NCBI GenBank assembly: GCA_013239625.1
Contig: MU053493.1
Location: forward strand, 2,551,793 to 2,615,792
DNA length: 64,000 nt
From: Lama guanicoe
Lineage: Eukaryota
Reading direction: 5' to 3'
Part shown: positions 38,120-52,100 of the stretch, piece by piece
Layout: the number at the start of each line of letters is the position of its first letter
Position numbering within the stretch: the stretch's first letter is position 1
Program-made: the position numbers and the translations under genes
Notes under the pieces: model-generated
What the model was told of the DNA's origin: nothing
Seen by the model: the letters and a program-made list of their open reading frames with translations, nothing else
Database searches by the model: none

Positions 38120-39225
38120 ATTTTTAAAAATTGAGGTCTAATTGACATATACCATATTAGTTTCAAATGTACAACATAATGGTTTGATATCTGTATATAT
38201 TGTAAAATGATCACCACAGTAAGTCTAGCTAACATCCACTGCAATATGTAGTTACCTAATCTTTTTCCCTTGTGATGAGAATTTTAAAGACTGACTCTCT
38301 CAGTAACTTTTGAATATGCAATACAGTATTGTAACTATGGTCACCATGCTGTACATTACATCCTCATGACTTACTTATTTTATAACTCTAAGTTTGTGCC
38401 TTTTTACTCCTTCACCCACTTTGTCCACCCCTACCTCCTACCCTCTGTCAATTATCAATCTGTTCTCTGCATCTATGAGCTTCTTTTTAGATTCCACATT
38501 TAAGTCAGATAATACAGTATTTGTCTTTCTCTATCTGATTTACTTTACTTAGCATAATACCCTCTACATCCATCCATGTCATCACAAATGGCAAGATTTC
38601 CTTCTTTTTTAGTGGCTGAATTATATCCCATTGTGAATATGTGCCATATTTTAAAAGTCCATTCATCCACTGATGGACACTTCGGTTGTTTCCATATCTT
38701 GGCTATTACAAATGCTGCAATGAACATAGGAGTGTAACATACCTTTTCAAGTTAGTGTTTTTGCTTTCTTCAGACAAACACCCAGAAATGGAATTGCTGG
38801 ATCATATGGTAGTTCTATTTTTAATTTTCTAAGGAAACTCCATACTGTTTCCCACAGTGGCTGTACCAACTTACATTCCCACCAACTGTGCACAAGGGTT
38901 CCCTTTTCCCCACCTTCTCCCCAATGCTTGTTGTCTCTTCTCTTTTTGATAGCAGCCATTCTAACAGGTGTGAGGTGTTAATTCATTGTGGTTTTGATTT
39001 GCATTTCTCTGGTGATCAGTGATGTTGAGCACCTATTCACGTACCAGTTGGTCCATCTGTCTGTCTTCTTTGTAAAAATGTTAACTCAGATCCTCTGCCC
39101 ACTTTTTAACCAGATTGTTTGCTTTTTTGCTATCGAGTTCTATGAGTTCTTTATGTATTTTGGATATGAACCCCTTATCAGAGACATGATTTGAAAATGT
39201 TTTCTCCCTTTCATTAGGTTGCCTT
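38120..39225 (-). mobile_element. L1MA-type ORF2 3' end + 3'UTR
   Basis: ORF track gives [28 protein letters not shown]. Confidence 0.9.
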
Positions 39226-39487
39226 CACCTTCAGTATTTTGCCTGGAAATCTCCTCATCTAGATGAGCAGGTTCATTACCTGCAGCTTTCTGTCTTTTAC
39301 AATACTGCAGGTGATAGTCCGGCCCCAAATTCTACCAGAAATATAACACAACTCACCCTTGTTTTTTGAGGCCCCAATAGCAATTTTCCCACTTCTCTTC
39401 CAGCCTCTGTTCCTACCCAGTATCCAAACTAGTGACAAACATTTTCAGTTTTTATAATGGCAGTACCCCAGTTCCAGGTACCAATTT

Positions 39488-40010
39488 CTGTCCCCATTAC
39501 TTGTTGCTGTGTAATAAACCAGCCCAGCGCTGAGTAGCTTTAATCAATTTCAGTGTTATTGCTCACAATTCTGTGGGTCTGGACTTGGGCTTGAGTTGGT
39601 GGGAACAGCTCTTCTACTGACTCCCCTCCTATGGGGTCAGCAGGGCCAGTAAAGTTTGGAAGATCTGAGCTGTTGGCCAGTTGGTGCTGGCTGTCAGCTT
39701 GTGTACCTGGGTGCTCTGCTAGGCATCTTATCACCCAGGCTCTCTTTCTTTCCATGTGGCCTATCCAACTGGCTAGTCTGGGCTTCTGCACACGGCAGTC
39801 GGCTCCTAAGAGGGCAGAAACAGAAGCTGCAGGCCTCTGAGGGCCCAGGCCGAGAAGTCACATGCAGTCACTCACACTACACCCCACCGGTCAAAGAAGG
39901 TCACAGGCCAGTCCAGATTCAAAGGAGGAAGAAATTTCATTTCTTTGTTGGGAAAGGGCACACAGGATGAGACAGATTGGTGTGACGGTCTTTAGAGACG
40001 ACCAGCCTCA
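39488..40010 (-). mobile_element. MaLR LTR (MLT1-type)
   Basis: ttgctgtgtaataaacc...attgctcacaattctgtgggtc...gtcacaggccagtccagattcaaagg. Confidence 0.65.
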
Positions 40011-40614
40011 CAGAGAGAAGGAAAAAGACCAGGAACCCAAATGGTCTGTGAGGTTATCTCTGTGGCTTATTCAGCAACAAACCTGATGTTCAAACCACCT
40101 CCTTCGCTCTCTGGCTTATTAAGCCAAGGTAGGTCAGGAGGGAGTTAAGGCAACACAAGAGCTAACCCACACAAGACTGCTTTTACGACATTCCTTTTAC
40201 TAAAAAAAAAAAAAATTTGGAGGAGGTAATTAGGTTTGTTTGTTTATTACATGACTATCTGTATTTTCTTGGGCTTTTTAGGACACTCCTACTGTATTTT
40301 CTCAGGCATTTTGAGAGAAATCACCGCAGAAAGTGCCTTGTTTCATGGTTGAACAACTCTGCGTTCCAGAGCAATCTCCCATTTGTGAGGACGATGCTGC
40401 CTTTCTGTGACGGTCAGACCTCTGAGCCCCTCACAGGGGCCGGCTCTCTTCTGAGTATTTTCACTCAGATTTAGATATTCTCCACTCAAGGCTCAATGCC
40501 TCCCCACTTCTTTACTTGTCTATCGTAAGTCATGACTTCCCAAACATGTGTTTGCACATATAACATAGAATTCACAGAGGGAATTTTGCCCAGGACAGCG
40601 TGTTTAAGAAGAGA

Positions 40615-41645
40615 GGAAAGACCTACTGGATAGCACCAGGAACTATATTCAATTTCTTGTAATAATATATAATGGAAAAGAATCTGAAACTGAAAAGAAA
40701 AAATATATGTATGTATATGTTTAACTAAGTCACTTTGCTACACACCTGAAACTAACATTGTAAATCAACTATATTTTAATAAATTTTTTTTTAAAAAAAG
40801 AAGAGAAGAGAGTAACAGATTATCGAAAGTTTTAAAACAGCTGGCAATAATGGCCATCATTGAAAAGTCCACAAATGATAAATGCTGTAAAGAGTGTGGA
40901 GAAAATGGAACCCTCCTATACTGTTGCTGGCAATGTAGTTTGGTGCAGCCACTATGGAAAACAGTATGGAGATTCCTCAAAAGACTAAAATTAGACTTAC
41001 CATATGATCCAGCAATCCCACACCTGGGCATATATACATAGAGAACTCTAATTCGAAAAGATTCAAGCACCCCAATGTTCATAGCAGCACTATTTACAAT
41101 AGCCAAGACATGGAAGCAACCTAAATGTCCATCAACAGATGACTGGATAAAAGAAGTTGTGTTATATTTATACAATGCAATACTACTCGTCCATAAAAAA
41201 GAATAAAATAATGCCATTTGCAGCAACATGGATGGACCTGGAGATAGTCATTCTAAGCGAAGTAAGCCAGAAAGAAAGAAAAATACCATATGATATCACT
41301 CATATGTGGAATCAAAACAAGAAAAAAGAGGACACTAATGAACTCATCTACAAAACAGAAACAGACTCGCAGACATAGTAAGCAATCTTATGGTTACTGG
41401 GGGGAAGGGGGTGGGAAGGGATAAATTTGGGAGTTTGAGATTTGCAAGTATTAACTATTATATATAAAAATAGATTACAAACATTCTTTCTGTATAGCAT
41501 AGGGAACTATATGCAATATCTTGTAATAATAACTAATGAAAAAGAATCTGAAAAGGAATATATGTATATAAAAGCATGCCTGGGACATTATGCTGTACAC
41601 TAGAAACTGACACACTGTAACTGACTGTACTTCAAAATTAAAAAA
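40615..41645 (+). mobile_element. Two adjacent L1 3' fragments (~40615-40800 and ~40848-41645)
   Basis: ORF2 C-terminal peptides and L1 tails ending in A-runs. Confidence 0.9.
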
Positions 41646-43062
41646 CAATTAGCTGACAATGCCAACAAATGTGCTCTTTTCCATAAATGTATTACATACT
41701 GGCCTGGCTTAAACATTCAGCTTGATCTTGTGGAAATCCAGTGCTTGAAATTTATTCTGTCCCAACTTTTTCATAATTTATTCACTCTCAACCAAAATAA
41801 TTATCTAACTGTAGCCTTTTCTATAATTAGTATCCAGTGGGTGATACAAGCGGGGAGCACTTCTGAGAAAAGATGAAGACAAAATTTACTGTTACGCTAT
41901 AACTGACAAAATAAGAAATTGCTCAGATACAACAAACTCTGCTTGGTGCTTTTTGTGCCAAATGAAAAATAGGAGCCTGTATGACTGGTCAAAGAATCAT
42001 TTCTCCCTGAGGATGGTGCTTATGTAAGAAGATGTCTCAGACCCCAAATTAGAATGAAGCTTTCATCAGTTGGGGAAGGTGGCTGTAAAAAGATAAGAAT
42101 TAATGAAAAACTACAACTGATAAAAAAGAATGAGAATTTAATCACAGCCTTATCAACCCCCAACAAGGGATCACAAAAAGGCTTAATCATGTCCCATAGT
42201 ATTAAGACAACAACCCTCAATTTTCCTGACAACAAGTTTTTGGTGCTAATATTTGGTCTTTTGCTTCCAAGTACCAGCCGCCTAAAAAAGTCAGGAAGCT
42301 TTAAAAAAATGTATGTGTGTAAGTGTGTTTGTTTTATAAATAGAAATACATTTGAGGATATGTGAAAGGGGCAAAGTATTTCTCTCACCACCCATTAAGA
42401 ACTTTAAAATTACTCATTGTTGTATAATGTTTTTCAAGACATTAAATGAAGTGAGACAGTTGCTTTGACAATATGAATAACACATATATAATTAATAACT
42501 TTCCCCTTCTGTTTGTATTGTACTTACTCAGTTTCTTTTAGGCTCAGTAGAAAGACTATATATAGGAAAAAACAATGTGTATATGTAATAATAAAGACAT
42601 AATGTAGACTATTAATGAAAAGTCTTTTGCATACATTTAGTTTGAAGAGAGCTCCAGATATTTCTCTACATTCATCTTTCATATTTAGGGTATAAATGGC
42701 ATGAGAAGGTCTTCAAAATTAGGTAAGTCAAATGTGTTCTGGTTGAACATAAAAAAGTGAGAAAAAATTAAGTTTCCTAAATATACAGTAGAGGGTAAGA
42801 GATTGTTAGAATTGTAGAAATCTTTTCCAAAATTGATTCTGAAACTAGATAATGGTGATGGTTGTTCAACAATGTGAATGGGCTAAATACCTCTGAACTG
42901 TACACTTTAAAATGACTAAAATGGTAAATTTTGCTCTACATTTTTTACTATAATAAAAAAAAAGTGATCTTTCCCAAAAAACCCATAAATAATTCATCAA
43001 AACAGGCCTGAAAATCTACTTTGCCAGGAAGCGAAAACCTGATATTTGAAGGAAAAAAAGAA

Positions 43063-43160
43063 TGGGAGGTGGGGTGTATAACTCAGTGGGAGAGTGCATG
43101 CTTAGCATGCACAAGGTCTTGGGTTCAATCCCTATTACCTCCATTAAAATAAAAAATTAG
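43063..43160 (+). mobile_element. tRNA-derived SINE (Vic-1-like)
   Basis: SINE consensus. Confidence 0.88.
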
Positions 43161-43881
43161 AAAATTTTTTTATATGTGTGTATATATATAAAATCAATAC
43201 TGACATCAGAAACCAACATAACATTGTAAGTTAACTACACTTCAATTTAAAAAATTCTTTTGTTTAAAGAATAAACCTGGTTGAATTTTCTGGGATTGCC
43301 TGTCATTTTCTTTGTTGACAACCTGCAAAATGTTTTCAAACTTCCGTGCAAGTCTGAGTTCAGTCGGTATAATCAGCAAAGACGTGATGTGCACTTGGGC
43401 CCAGGCAGACTGGTGCCCAGGGTGTCCTTGGATATTTAAATGTCTGAATTCACTGCTGAGCCAGCTGCAGGCAGGAGCGGGCAGGGGCAAGAGCTACTGA
43501 TGCTCATCGTACAGGGTGGAGTCAGCTGATGGTGAACCGGGCCACACAAGTGGCCTTTTATGCCTGGGTCCTGCTGGCCACACAGTGACACAATCCCCCA
43601 TTCATTTACTCCCTTTGGACATTTGTGATCTTGGGGACTTTTGGCTTTTTGCTGCTGCAGATGATAGAAAATAGGGGTGGGTGAATGTGATAGTAGGGTT
43701 TTCTCTAGACTAGGAAAAACTCCCAGTTAAAAATAAAATAACAACAACAAATGGGAAAGATGGACGACACCAGGCAGTGGAGCTCTGGCGAAAATGACTT
43801 CCTCCAGACTTTATCCTAAAATATAAGGGAATCCAGCACAACTCCAGACCTGATAATAGACTATAAGAAACTGTCATCAGT

Positions 43882-44866
43882 AGGGAGGGTAGAGCTCAGT
43901 GGTAGAGCAGGTGCTTAGCATGCATGAGGTCCTGGGTTCAATCCCATTTCCATTAAATAAATATACCACAACTTCTTAATCCAGTCATCTGTCAATGGAC
44001 ATTTAGGCTGTTTCCATGTCTTGGCTATTGTAAATAGTGCTGCTATGAACATTGGGGTGCATGTATTTTTTTTAATTAAAGTTGCCTCTGGATATATGCC
44101 CAGGAGTGGGATTGCTGGATCATATGGTAAGTCTATTTTAGTCTTTTGAGGAATCTCCATACTGTTTTCCATAATGGCTGCACCAAACTACATTACCACC
44201 AACAATGTAGGAGGGTTCCCTTTTCTCCACACCCTCTCCAGCAATATTTCTGGGCTTTGGAATGATGGCCATTCTGACTGGTGTAAGGTGATATCTCAGT
44301 GTAGTTTTGATTTGCATGTATTTATATAATGGAATACTATTCAGCCATAAAAATAATAAAATGCCATTTGTAGCAACATGGATGGACCTGGATATTGTCA
44401 TTCTAAGTGAAGTAAACCACAAAGAGAAAGAAAAATACTATATGATATCACTTATATATGGAATCTTAAAAAAAAGACAAACTTATTTACAAAACAGAAA
44501 CAGATTCACAGAAATAGAAAACAAACTTACGGTTACCAGAGAGGGAAGGGGGTGGGAGGGGATAAATTGGGAGTTTGAGATTTGGAGATACTAACTACTA
44601 TACATAAAATAGATAAACAACAAGTTCATATCGTACAGCACAGGGAACTATATTCAATATCTTGTAGTAACTTATGGGGAAAAAGAATATGAAAATAAAT
44701 ACATGTATGTTCATGTATGACTGAAGCATTATGCTGTACACCAGAAATTGACACATTTTAAACTGACTATATTTCAATAAAAATACATATATACAAAAAA
44801 AGAAATGTTTACCTATAGAAAAAATATAATTAAATAAATCTAATTACCTCCCCTCCAAAAAAAAAA
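43882..44866 (+). mobile_element. SINE split by a twin-primed L1 insertion (43963-44828)
   Basis: SINE head 43882-43962; inverted L1 to ~44317; forward L1 to the A tail at ~44801; SINE tail 44829-44866; TSD attaaataaat. Confidence 0.85.
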
Positions 44867-45078
44867 CCTCTCCTAGACTATAATAGGAATAATTAAGATC
44901 ATCTGTTATTATGGCTTTCTCATAATTTGTCAGACAGCTTCGTTGATACAGTTGGAGCCCAAGCTGGTGAGGAACACAGTGGTTCTTGGGTAGAGAGCAG
45001 TTTCTGCTTCCATCACGTGACAAAGTGCAAATGGTTTACACCCTTGGGGGTTGGGGTCCAAATTACTGTCACTGACTG

Positions 45079-45709
45079 TGCTGCCGGCAATTAAGTTCCT
45101 GTTGTAGAAAGAATTCAGAGATGAGTCACGAGTCACGGAGGTTAAGACAGTAAAGTGAGGATTTATTAAGGGATAGGATGCTCTCAAGGGGAGAGCAGGC
45201 AGGCTCAAGTGAGCGGCTGCCCTGAGTTTCTTTGACAAGCTGGTTTCATAGACTGTGAAAATGGATGGGCAAGATATCCACTCAGGAGGGAAGGTTTTGG
45301 GGCCGTATTCCCGATTTCCATCTAAGCTCCATCTTCCTGAGGGGAGGAGGAATTTTTTTCCTTATTTAGTCTGGATTGGAAAAAGTGCATGATGGGTACT
45401 TCACATCTGCAAGGCTATTCTTATTGTATTGAGGGCATAATGATCAAAAGGTTACATTTGGACACTGGAGATTCCTGCCTTTCCCCGCCTTTCTTTGTCG
45501 GCCTCCAGGCTATTTGTCACCCCAAGATGTGTGACCACTTGTCAGCCCAGAGTTTCCTGATTTACTCTGCATGCCCAGGGACCCCTGGTGCTTACCTGAT
45601 GTATGGTTTCCTGCATTTGGCTCTGTGCCCCTCCTTTTTGCCCAATTCCTGCCATTTGGCTTGCGTCCCCCTTTCTCTGCTCATATCTAGCCACCTGCCT
45701 GCTCTAACA
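45079..45709 (-). mobile_element. ERV solo LTR (~630 bp)
   Basis: Minus strand begins TGTTAGAG and ends GGCAGCA, with AATAAA near the 3' end. Flanks actg / agtg are a 4-bp TSD with one mismatch. Confidence 0.75.
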
Positions 45710-47404
45710 AGTGGGGAAGAGTCAAACTACAAGAGCTGTCACAAGAATGTCCGGAGTATTCTCTAAAGCACTGCCTCACAGACCTTAACATGCATATGGA
45801 TTAAACCGGCATCCTGTCAAAAATACAGCAGATTTTGTATTTCTAACAAGCTCTCAGGTGATACTGATGCGGCTGGTGTGAGGACACACCTCATACAGAA
45901 AGGCTCTAAAAAACTAAGGGCTCACAGGGGAAGACTAGCACGATTCCAGCTGGAGCTGGTATTGTTAAAAGTCATTGGAAAGTTTAAAATTGTCACCTTT
46001 GATCTAAAGGATTGATTACAAACATGAAAGCCTAACTAAACAAAGTGTGCTGAAATCATTCATTTGTACTTTTTAGGTTAGAGCTAATGTATCTTGGTTG
46101 GAGGAGGTACCATCTCCAAGGGGGCGTTCAGAAACAGAGGGGTTATCACAGCTGCCATGACAACAGGGAAATCCTACTACTGTTTGGGGTCTGAAGGCCC
46201 ACGATGCTAAATGTCTGACACTGTGTGAGATAGTTCTAAACAAAGAACTGTCCCACTCCAAATGCCGAGAACCCTATTAAGATACCCAACCAACATCAGT
46301 GGAGACAAATGTTGCATCTGTATCTGAGGCCTCAGCTAATCAGTTCTTTGAACATCTTTTTGAATTTATATTCTGGAACTGTTTCGCCTTGCCCGTGTGT
46401 TTTAGCTCATCTTTTTAGAAATTTGGCTGCCTTTGGAATTTTCCAGTGGGGAAGAGAGGTCCTTCTCTCCAGTGAGTGTACCATAATCTAACACAGTCGT
46501 GGTCATCCTCTCAACAGAGGATGATCTCAAATGGAAAGACTTCATGAAGTTCTAACGAGTTTATCAGTTCATCAGTGTTCTGAATGAGAAATCAGGAGAG
46601 GGGATGTCCAGGAGCCCCCTTGAGATGACATTCTCAAATGCTGCTTCTGGGGTCACTTTGCTCCAAAAATGGTGCTGTCACCCATGTGCCTGATCCCAAA
46701 CACAAACAACCCCAGGGCATAGGGTCTATCAGAGTCCCACCACATTCTTCTTCCACAAAAGGAAGATTCCATGGTCCTAGATTTGCTGGATCTAGCAAGC
46801 TTTCTGACTGTCAAAATTTTGACCCCTGAGCCCCACAGTGTCAAACATTACACTGAGGATATGAGAAATTCTCACAATGACCCAGTTGAGATAAAAATAG
46901 ATGTAGCTATGAGACATAAAACAGGGAAACAAAGGCAGTGTTAGAGGAGAAGGATGCAGTTAGACATTTTTGAAGATAACGAAGACCCAAATCAAGTTTG
47001 TGTGGGAGAAAAGAGGTCTTCACAACTGTTGTTTCAGACTAGCAAAAAAAAACCCAAAAACCTAGATACAGTGATAAGTAGAGTCAATGCAATACAAGGA
47101 AAATAATGTGTAACTTCTTGAGCTCTCATATCAGGATCAAGAGCTGGGAAACTTCTAAACTGGTTTGGCAGGCTCAGTGTGATTCAGTCTGGGAAAAATT
47201 TGTTCATCCTGGCATGGTCTTGGGATTGCTAGGAAGATGGGAAAATTCCCCAGCACCCCAGGGGAGCAGTTTTACCACTCCAAGGCTCCCAAGTTACTCC
47301 CCCCCCCCACCACACTCTGATACCCTGAAGAAGATATTCTGTCTGGTCTTTTTGCAATTCTAATTAAAATGTATATTCCAAGAGCAATTAAAGGACTATT
47401 TCTT

Positions 47405-47680
47405 TAAATTTCTTTTCTTTTCAACTTTTTAAAATTGAAGTATTGTCAGTTTCCAACATTGTGTCAATTTCTGGTGTACAGCATCATGTTTCAGTCATAC
47501 ATATACATACATATATTCCTTTCATGTTGTTTTTCATTATAGGTTACTATAAGATATTGAATATAGTTCCCAGTGCTATACAATATAAACTTGTTGTTTA
47601 TTTTATATATAGTAGTTAGCATCTGCAAATCTTGAACTCCCAATTTATTCCTTCACACCCCCTTCCCCCTTTTCTTTTTT
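47405..47680 (-). mobile_element. L1 3'UTR fragment
   Basis: L1 tail motifs. Confidence 0.85.
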
Positions 47681-49195
47681 AAGGCAGAAAGAAGCAAGGC
47701 TAGTGTAGTATTAATGGTGAGATAGTTTTTAGCCCTGAAACCATCGTTGACTGAATGCATCATCAGCGCTCATTCCTGTTGTATCTAGTTATCTATCCAA
47801 TAATTGTAGTGGCTTAGCAGAAAAAAAACCTACTTTTTTGGGGGGGGCGGTGGGAAATAGTGATTTTATTTGGAAACCCAGCAGACTGAGAAGATGGACT
47901 AGTATCCAAAAGAATCATCTTCCCTGAGTTTAAAAAAAAAACTATACATTTTAACTAGAATTCCACCAACTCTCAGATGAGTCAACACTTAATCTGAGAA
48001 AAAATTAGCCACGTGAGTCAAATAATGTGTACATAACACCCATAATCAATTGTTCACATGAAAACGCTGATTCTCACGTGGCTGGACGTCTCCCTGACAC
48101 AGGTTTCCTGGGGTGCTGGGAAGGAGGGACTGGCCGGGACCTTGGGCACACAGCATCCTCTTGGTGAGCTGACCACGCTGATGCCCACCCTGCCTCAAGG
48201 ACCTGTGGTGGTGACTCTGCTCTTAAAGTGGTTTGTGGACCCTCTTCTGAGAAGGAGCTGTCAGCCCCCGTGTAATGGCTGCAGCTGGGATGTGGCAGGA
48301 CTTCTCTCGCGGGAAAGGGTCAGGGCAGGAGAAAGTCCTGCAGAGAAGGCTGTGCTGTGTCTGCTTGGCTCTGCTTGGACACTCACTTCTGTTAAGCCCG
48401 CTACCTGGTCCAGCGGTGGGAGCGTGTGCATGTGCGCCTGTGTGCTCCCCGGCACCTGTGGCCTCCCGCAGCAATCCCCGCCACGGTTTGGATGTGCAGA
48501 GAAATGTTGTTTCTCATTTTGTTTCCAGTCTCTTGACTTCCTCAAAGACCCAGCAGGGAAACTTAGCAAATGAACCAAAAGAACCCAACTAACTGGCCCA
48601 TCAGGTTTAAACCTTAGAGGCAAACGATACTTTAAACAGTCTCTGGGCGCGGCCCAGCCTCCCACTTTCCATCTGGCTGAGTGTCCTTGTGTGAGATGGT
48701 CCTCCTCTGTGTCCGGGTGATGCTTCGGGCTCTGGGGATGCTGTGCTCCCTGCTGGCTTCCAAGCTGAGGCAGGAGCTGCAGGTTCCCATTTGGGAGGCA
48801 TGGCCCCAGGTGGACCCAACTTCTCCATCTCACTGGCTGAGACCCCTCAAGAGCCAGTGTGTCTCCCATGCAATGCCTCTGGGCTCTCTGCAGCCTGGCC
48901 TCACCCGCCACTGTGTCTCAGCACCTGCCCAGGGGTTTTCAGCTCAGGGCTGCGCTGGTGGGGACTGGCTCCAGATGACCCCTGGGCTCGGTGCTCCGAG
49001 GAGGGTGGGCCACCTCACATGGGCTCAGGGGACCCTACCCAGCCACTCCTTGCTGATCCCATGCATCCTGCGCCCCTTCCTGCGGGAACATCATGAGGAC
49101 ACTCGGCACCGACATCAGACTGATCACTTGGCTGGACCTCCCTTGCTCTTCGTCTGCCACCGCCCTCCAGCGGGGAGGAGGTGGGCTTTGCTTTC

Positions 49196-52100
49196 ACACC
49201 TTCTACTGGATTGAAGAAAAAGCCCCAAGGCCCAGGAAAGACACTGAAGAACTCTCTTCTCTTCAGGAGATGGTTTAAGTCCCGAGTCTAGTCTGGGCTA
49301 TTTGAATGGCAGCTCCGTGAATCGACCAAATCCACAAAGCCTGGATTGCAAGCATAGTGTCTTGCCAAAGAGGGCACATACCTGCTCCCTGCCCCAGGCA
49401 ATAAGCCTCTTGACTCTACGTGGAGATAAGAAAAGTTGAAATGAACTATGGCTTAAGGATAAAATGCATTGGTTTTATATTTGTAAAACACTGTTTTCAT
49501 TACACTTGTTTTAGAGGGTCTGGTAGGGGAAAACAAGACCAAGCAACAAAGAAATATGTAATTCAGTAGCTTTAATGGATAAAGAGAACCATTATTAACA
49601 CCAGGCTTTCCACATCATAAATTAGGTATTAGTTGTATTTCAAACATTGCCTGTGTGTTTGACTATGTCTGTACAACAGGAACATTGGGTGTTATTGGTC
49701 CATCCATTTGCTTTTTGCCATTTATTCTCCTGTCCTCTGTTCAGCCTCCCACAACTAATTTACGTTGACCCTTAAAAAAGAAAATGAGTTCTTGAATGTC
49801 AGGGCAAGTGGCTTGCATTCTAGGACACATCGTAACTTCCAAAGCACTGAGTCAGCAATCCAGTGGCTTAGCCTTCATACTCATGACAGCTGTTTATTTC
49901 TTTCAGTGTAATTCCAGAGAAAAATATCCAGAAGGGATGTACTGCCCTAGATCTATCAGAAAACATATTTAAGATATTCTGTAGTTTTATAATACAAAAA
50001 CCTAACACTAAGTAATCATACGATAAAAGGGTTATCATTTCAGTAATAGTTTATCTGGAATCAGGCAAAAAGGTATTTAAAGTGCACAACTGATATGTTG
50101 TAGAGATGTCATGGAAACAGAGAAGCTGAGAAATGTTTCCAGTACCATTTTAAGGCAATCTGGGAGCAACAGAATTGGAAGGAACCTTTCAATATTCTCT
50201 GATTCAGATCCCTGCTTTCAGCACCTATAAAAGGAGCTTATTTACTGACTTCTGGAAGAGGAGTAGGGCTGCTCAAAGATCAGAAAGTCCTGGGATCACA
50301 ATCAGCTACTGCAAGAGGAGAGGCTCAGCTTGGAGACAAGGACTTGGCAACAGGCCAAATTGGGACCTAGAGGCAAAATCAATTCCCGGAGAGAAAGACT
50401 AGGGCAGATCTGCTTCTAGAAGCCAGTGGCTCCAGCAGGCAGGAGACAGCATGGACAGCACTTTGCATCCACGTGGTAACTCTGATGGGCCTTCTGATGC
50501 CAATCCTACCTCTCTCAGTGCTTCAGATTTAAAGCAATTACCAAGAAGATAATCAAAACAAAAATATTACAAAAGTCAACAAAAAATGAAATTGACACAT
50601 GAGAAAATATCTACTTACTACAAAGGAAAGCAGTTAGCGAGAAACACAGGAACAAAACACATAGAGACATACAGAAAACAAATGTCCAGGTGGTAGAGGT
50701 AGTTCCAACTAGATAGACAAAAACATTAAATGTGAATGGATCAAACACTCCAATTAAAAGTCAGAGACTGTCAGACTGGATTTAAAAACCAAGATCCAAA
50801 TATGTGTTGTTGACAATGTAAATCTATTACACCTCAGTAACAAAACAAAACAAAACAAAACAAACCCAAATGTATGCTGTTCACAAGGTATACACTTTAG
50901 ATTCAAAGAGGTTGAAACTAAAAGGATGGGAAAGATATATCATGCAAACAGTAAGTATAAGAGCCAGCGTGGCTTTATTAATACAAGATAAAATAAGCTG
51001 GAAGACAACAAAGTTATTAAACACAGAAGGACTTAACATTTTTAAAAAACTAAAGTCCAAAGTTTACATTAGAGTTCACACTTTATGTTGTACATTCCGT
51101 GTGTTCTGACAAACACATAGTCATAAATATGTGATTACAGTATCGTACAGAATAATTTCACAACTCCCAAAATGTCCTGTACTCCAGCTACTAACCTCTC
51201 TCCCCTTGCCCTGGCAATGACTGATCTTTTTACTCTCTCTCTGGTTTTCCCTTTTCCAGAATGTCATATAGCTGAAATCAAACACTATATATAGAGTTTT
51301 CCAGACTGGCTTCTTTCACTTAGTAACACCTTCTACTGGATTGAAGAAAGCCCCAAGGCCCAGGAAAGACACTGAAGAACTCTCTTCTCTTCAGGAGATG
51401 GTTTAAGTCCCGAGTCTAGTCTGGGCTATTTGAATGGCAGCTCCGTGAATCGACCAAATCCACAAAGCCTGGATTGCAAGCATAGTGTCTTGCCAAAGAG
51501 GGCACATACCTGCTCCCTGCCCCAGGCAATAAGCCTCTTGACTCTACGTGGAGATAAGAAAAGTTGAAATGAACTATGGCTTAAGGATAAAATGCATTGG
51601 TTTTATATTTGTAAAACACTGTTTTCATTACACTTGTTTTAGAGGGTCTGGTAGGGGAAAACAAGACCAAGCAACAAAGAAATATGTAATTCAGTAGCTT
51701 TAATGGATAAAGAGAACCATTATTAACACCAGGCTTTCCACATCATAAATTAGGTATTAGTCGTATTTCAAACATTGCCTGTGTGTTTGACTATGTCTGT
51801 ACAACAGGAACATTGGGTGTTATTGGTCCATCCATTTGCTTTTTGCCATTTATTCTCCTGTCCTCTGTTCAGCCTCCCACAACTAATTTACGTTGACCCT
51901 TAAAAAAGAAAATGAGTTCTTGAATGTCAGGGCAAGTGGCTTGCATTCTAGGACACATCGTAACTTCCAAAGCACTGAGTCAGCAATCCAGTGGCTTAGC
52001 CTTCATACTCATGACAGCTGTTTATTTCTTTCAGTGTAATTCCAGAGAAAAATATCCAGAAGGGATGTACTGCCCTAGATCTATCAGAAAACATATTTAA

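Noticed and set aside
48058..49278. Cluster of 100-216 aa ORFs on both strands
   Set aside because: Overlapping, no recognisable domain; explained by locally higher GC.
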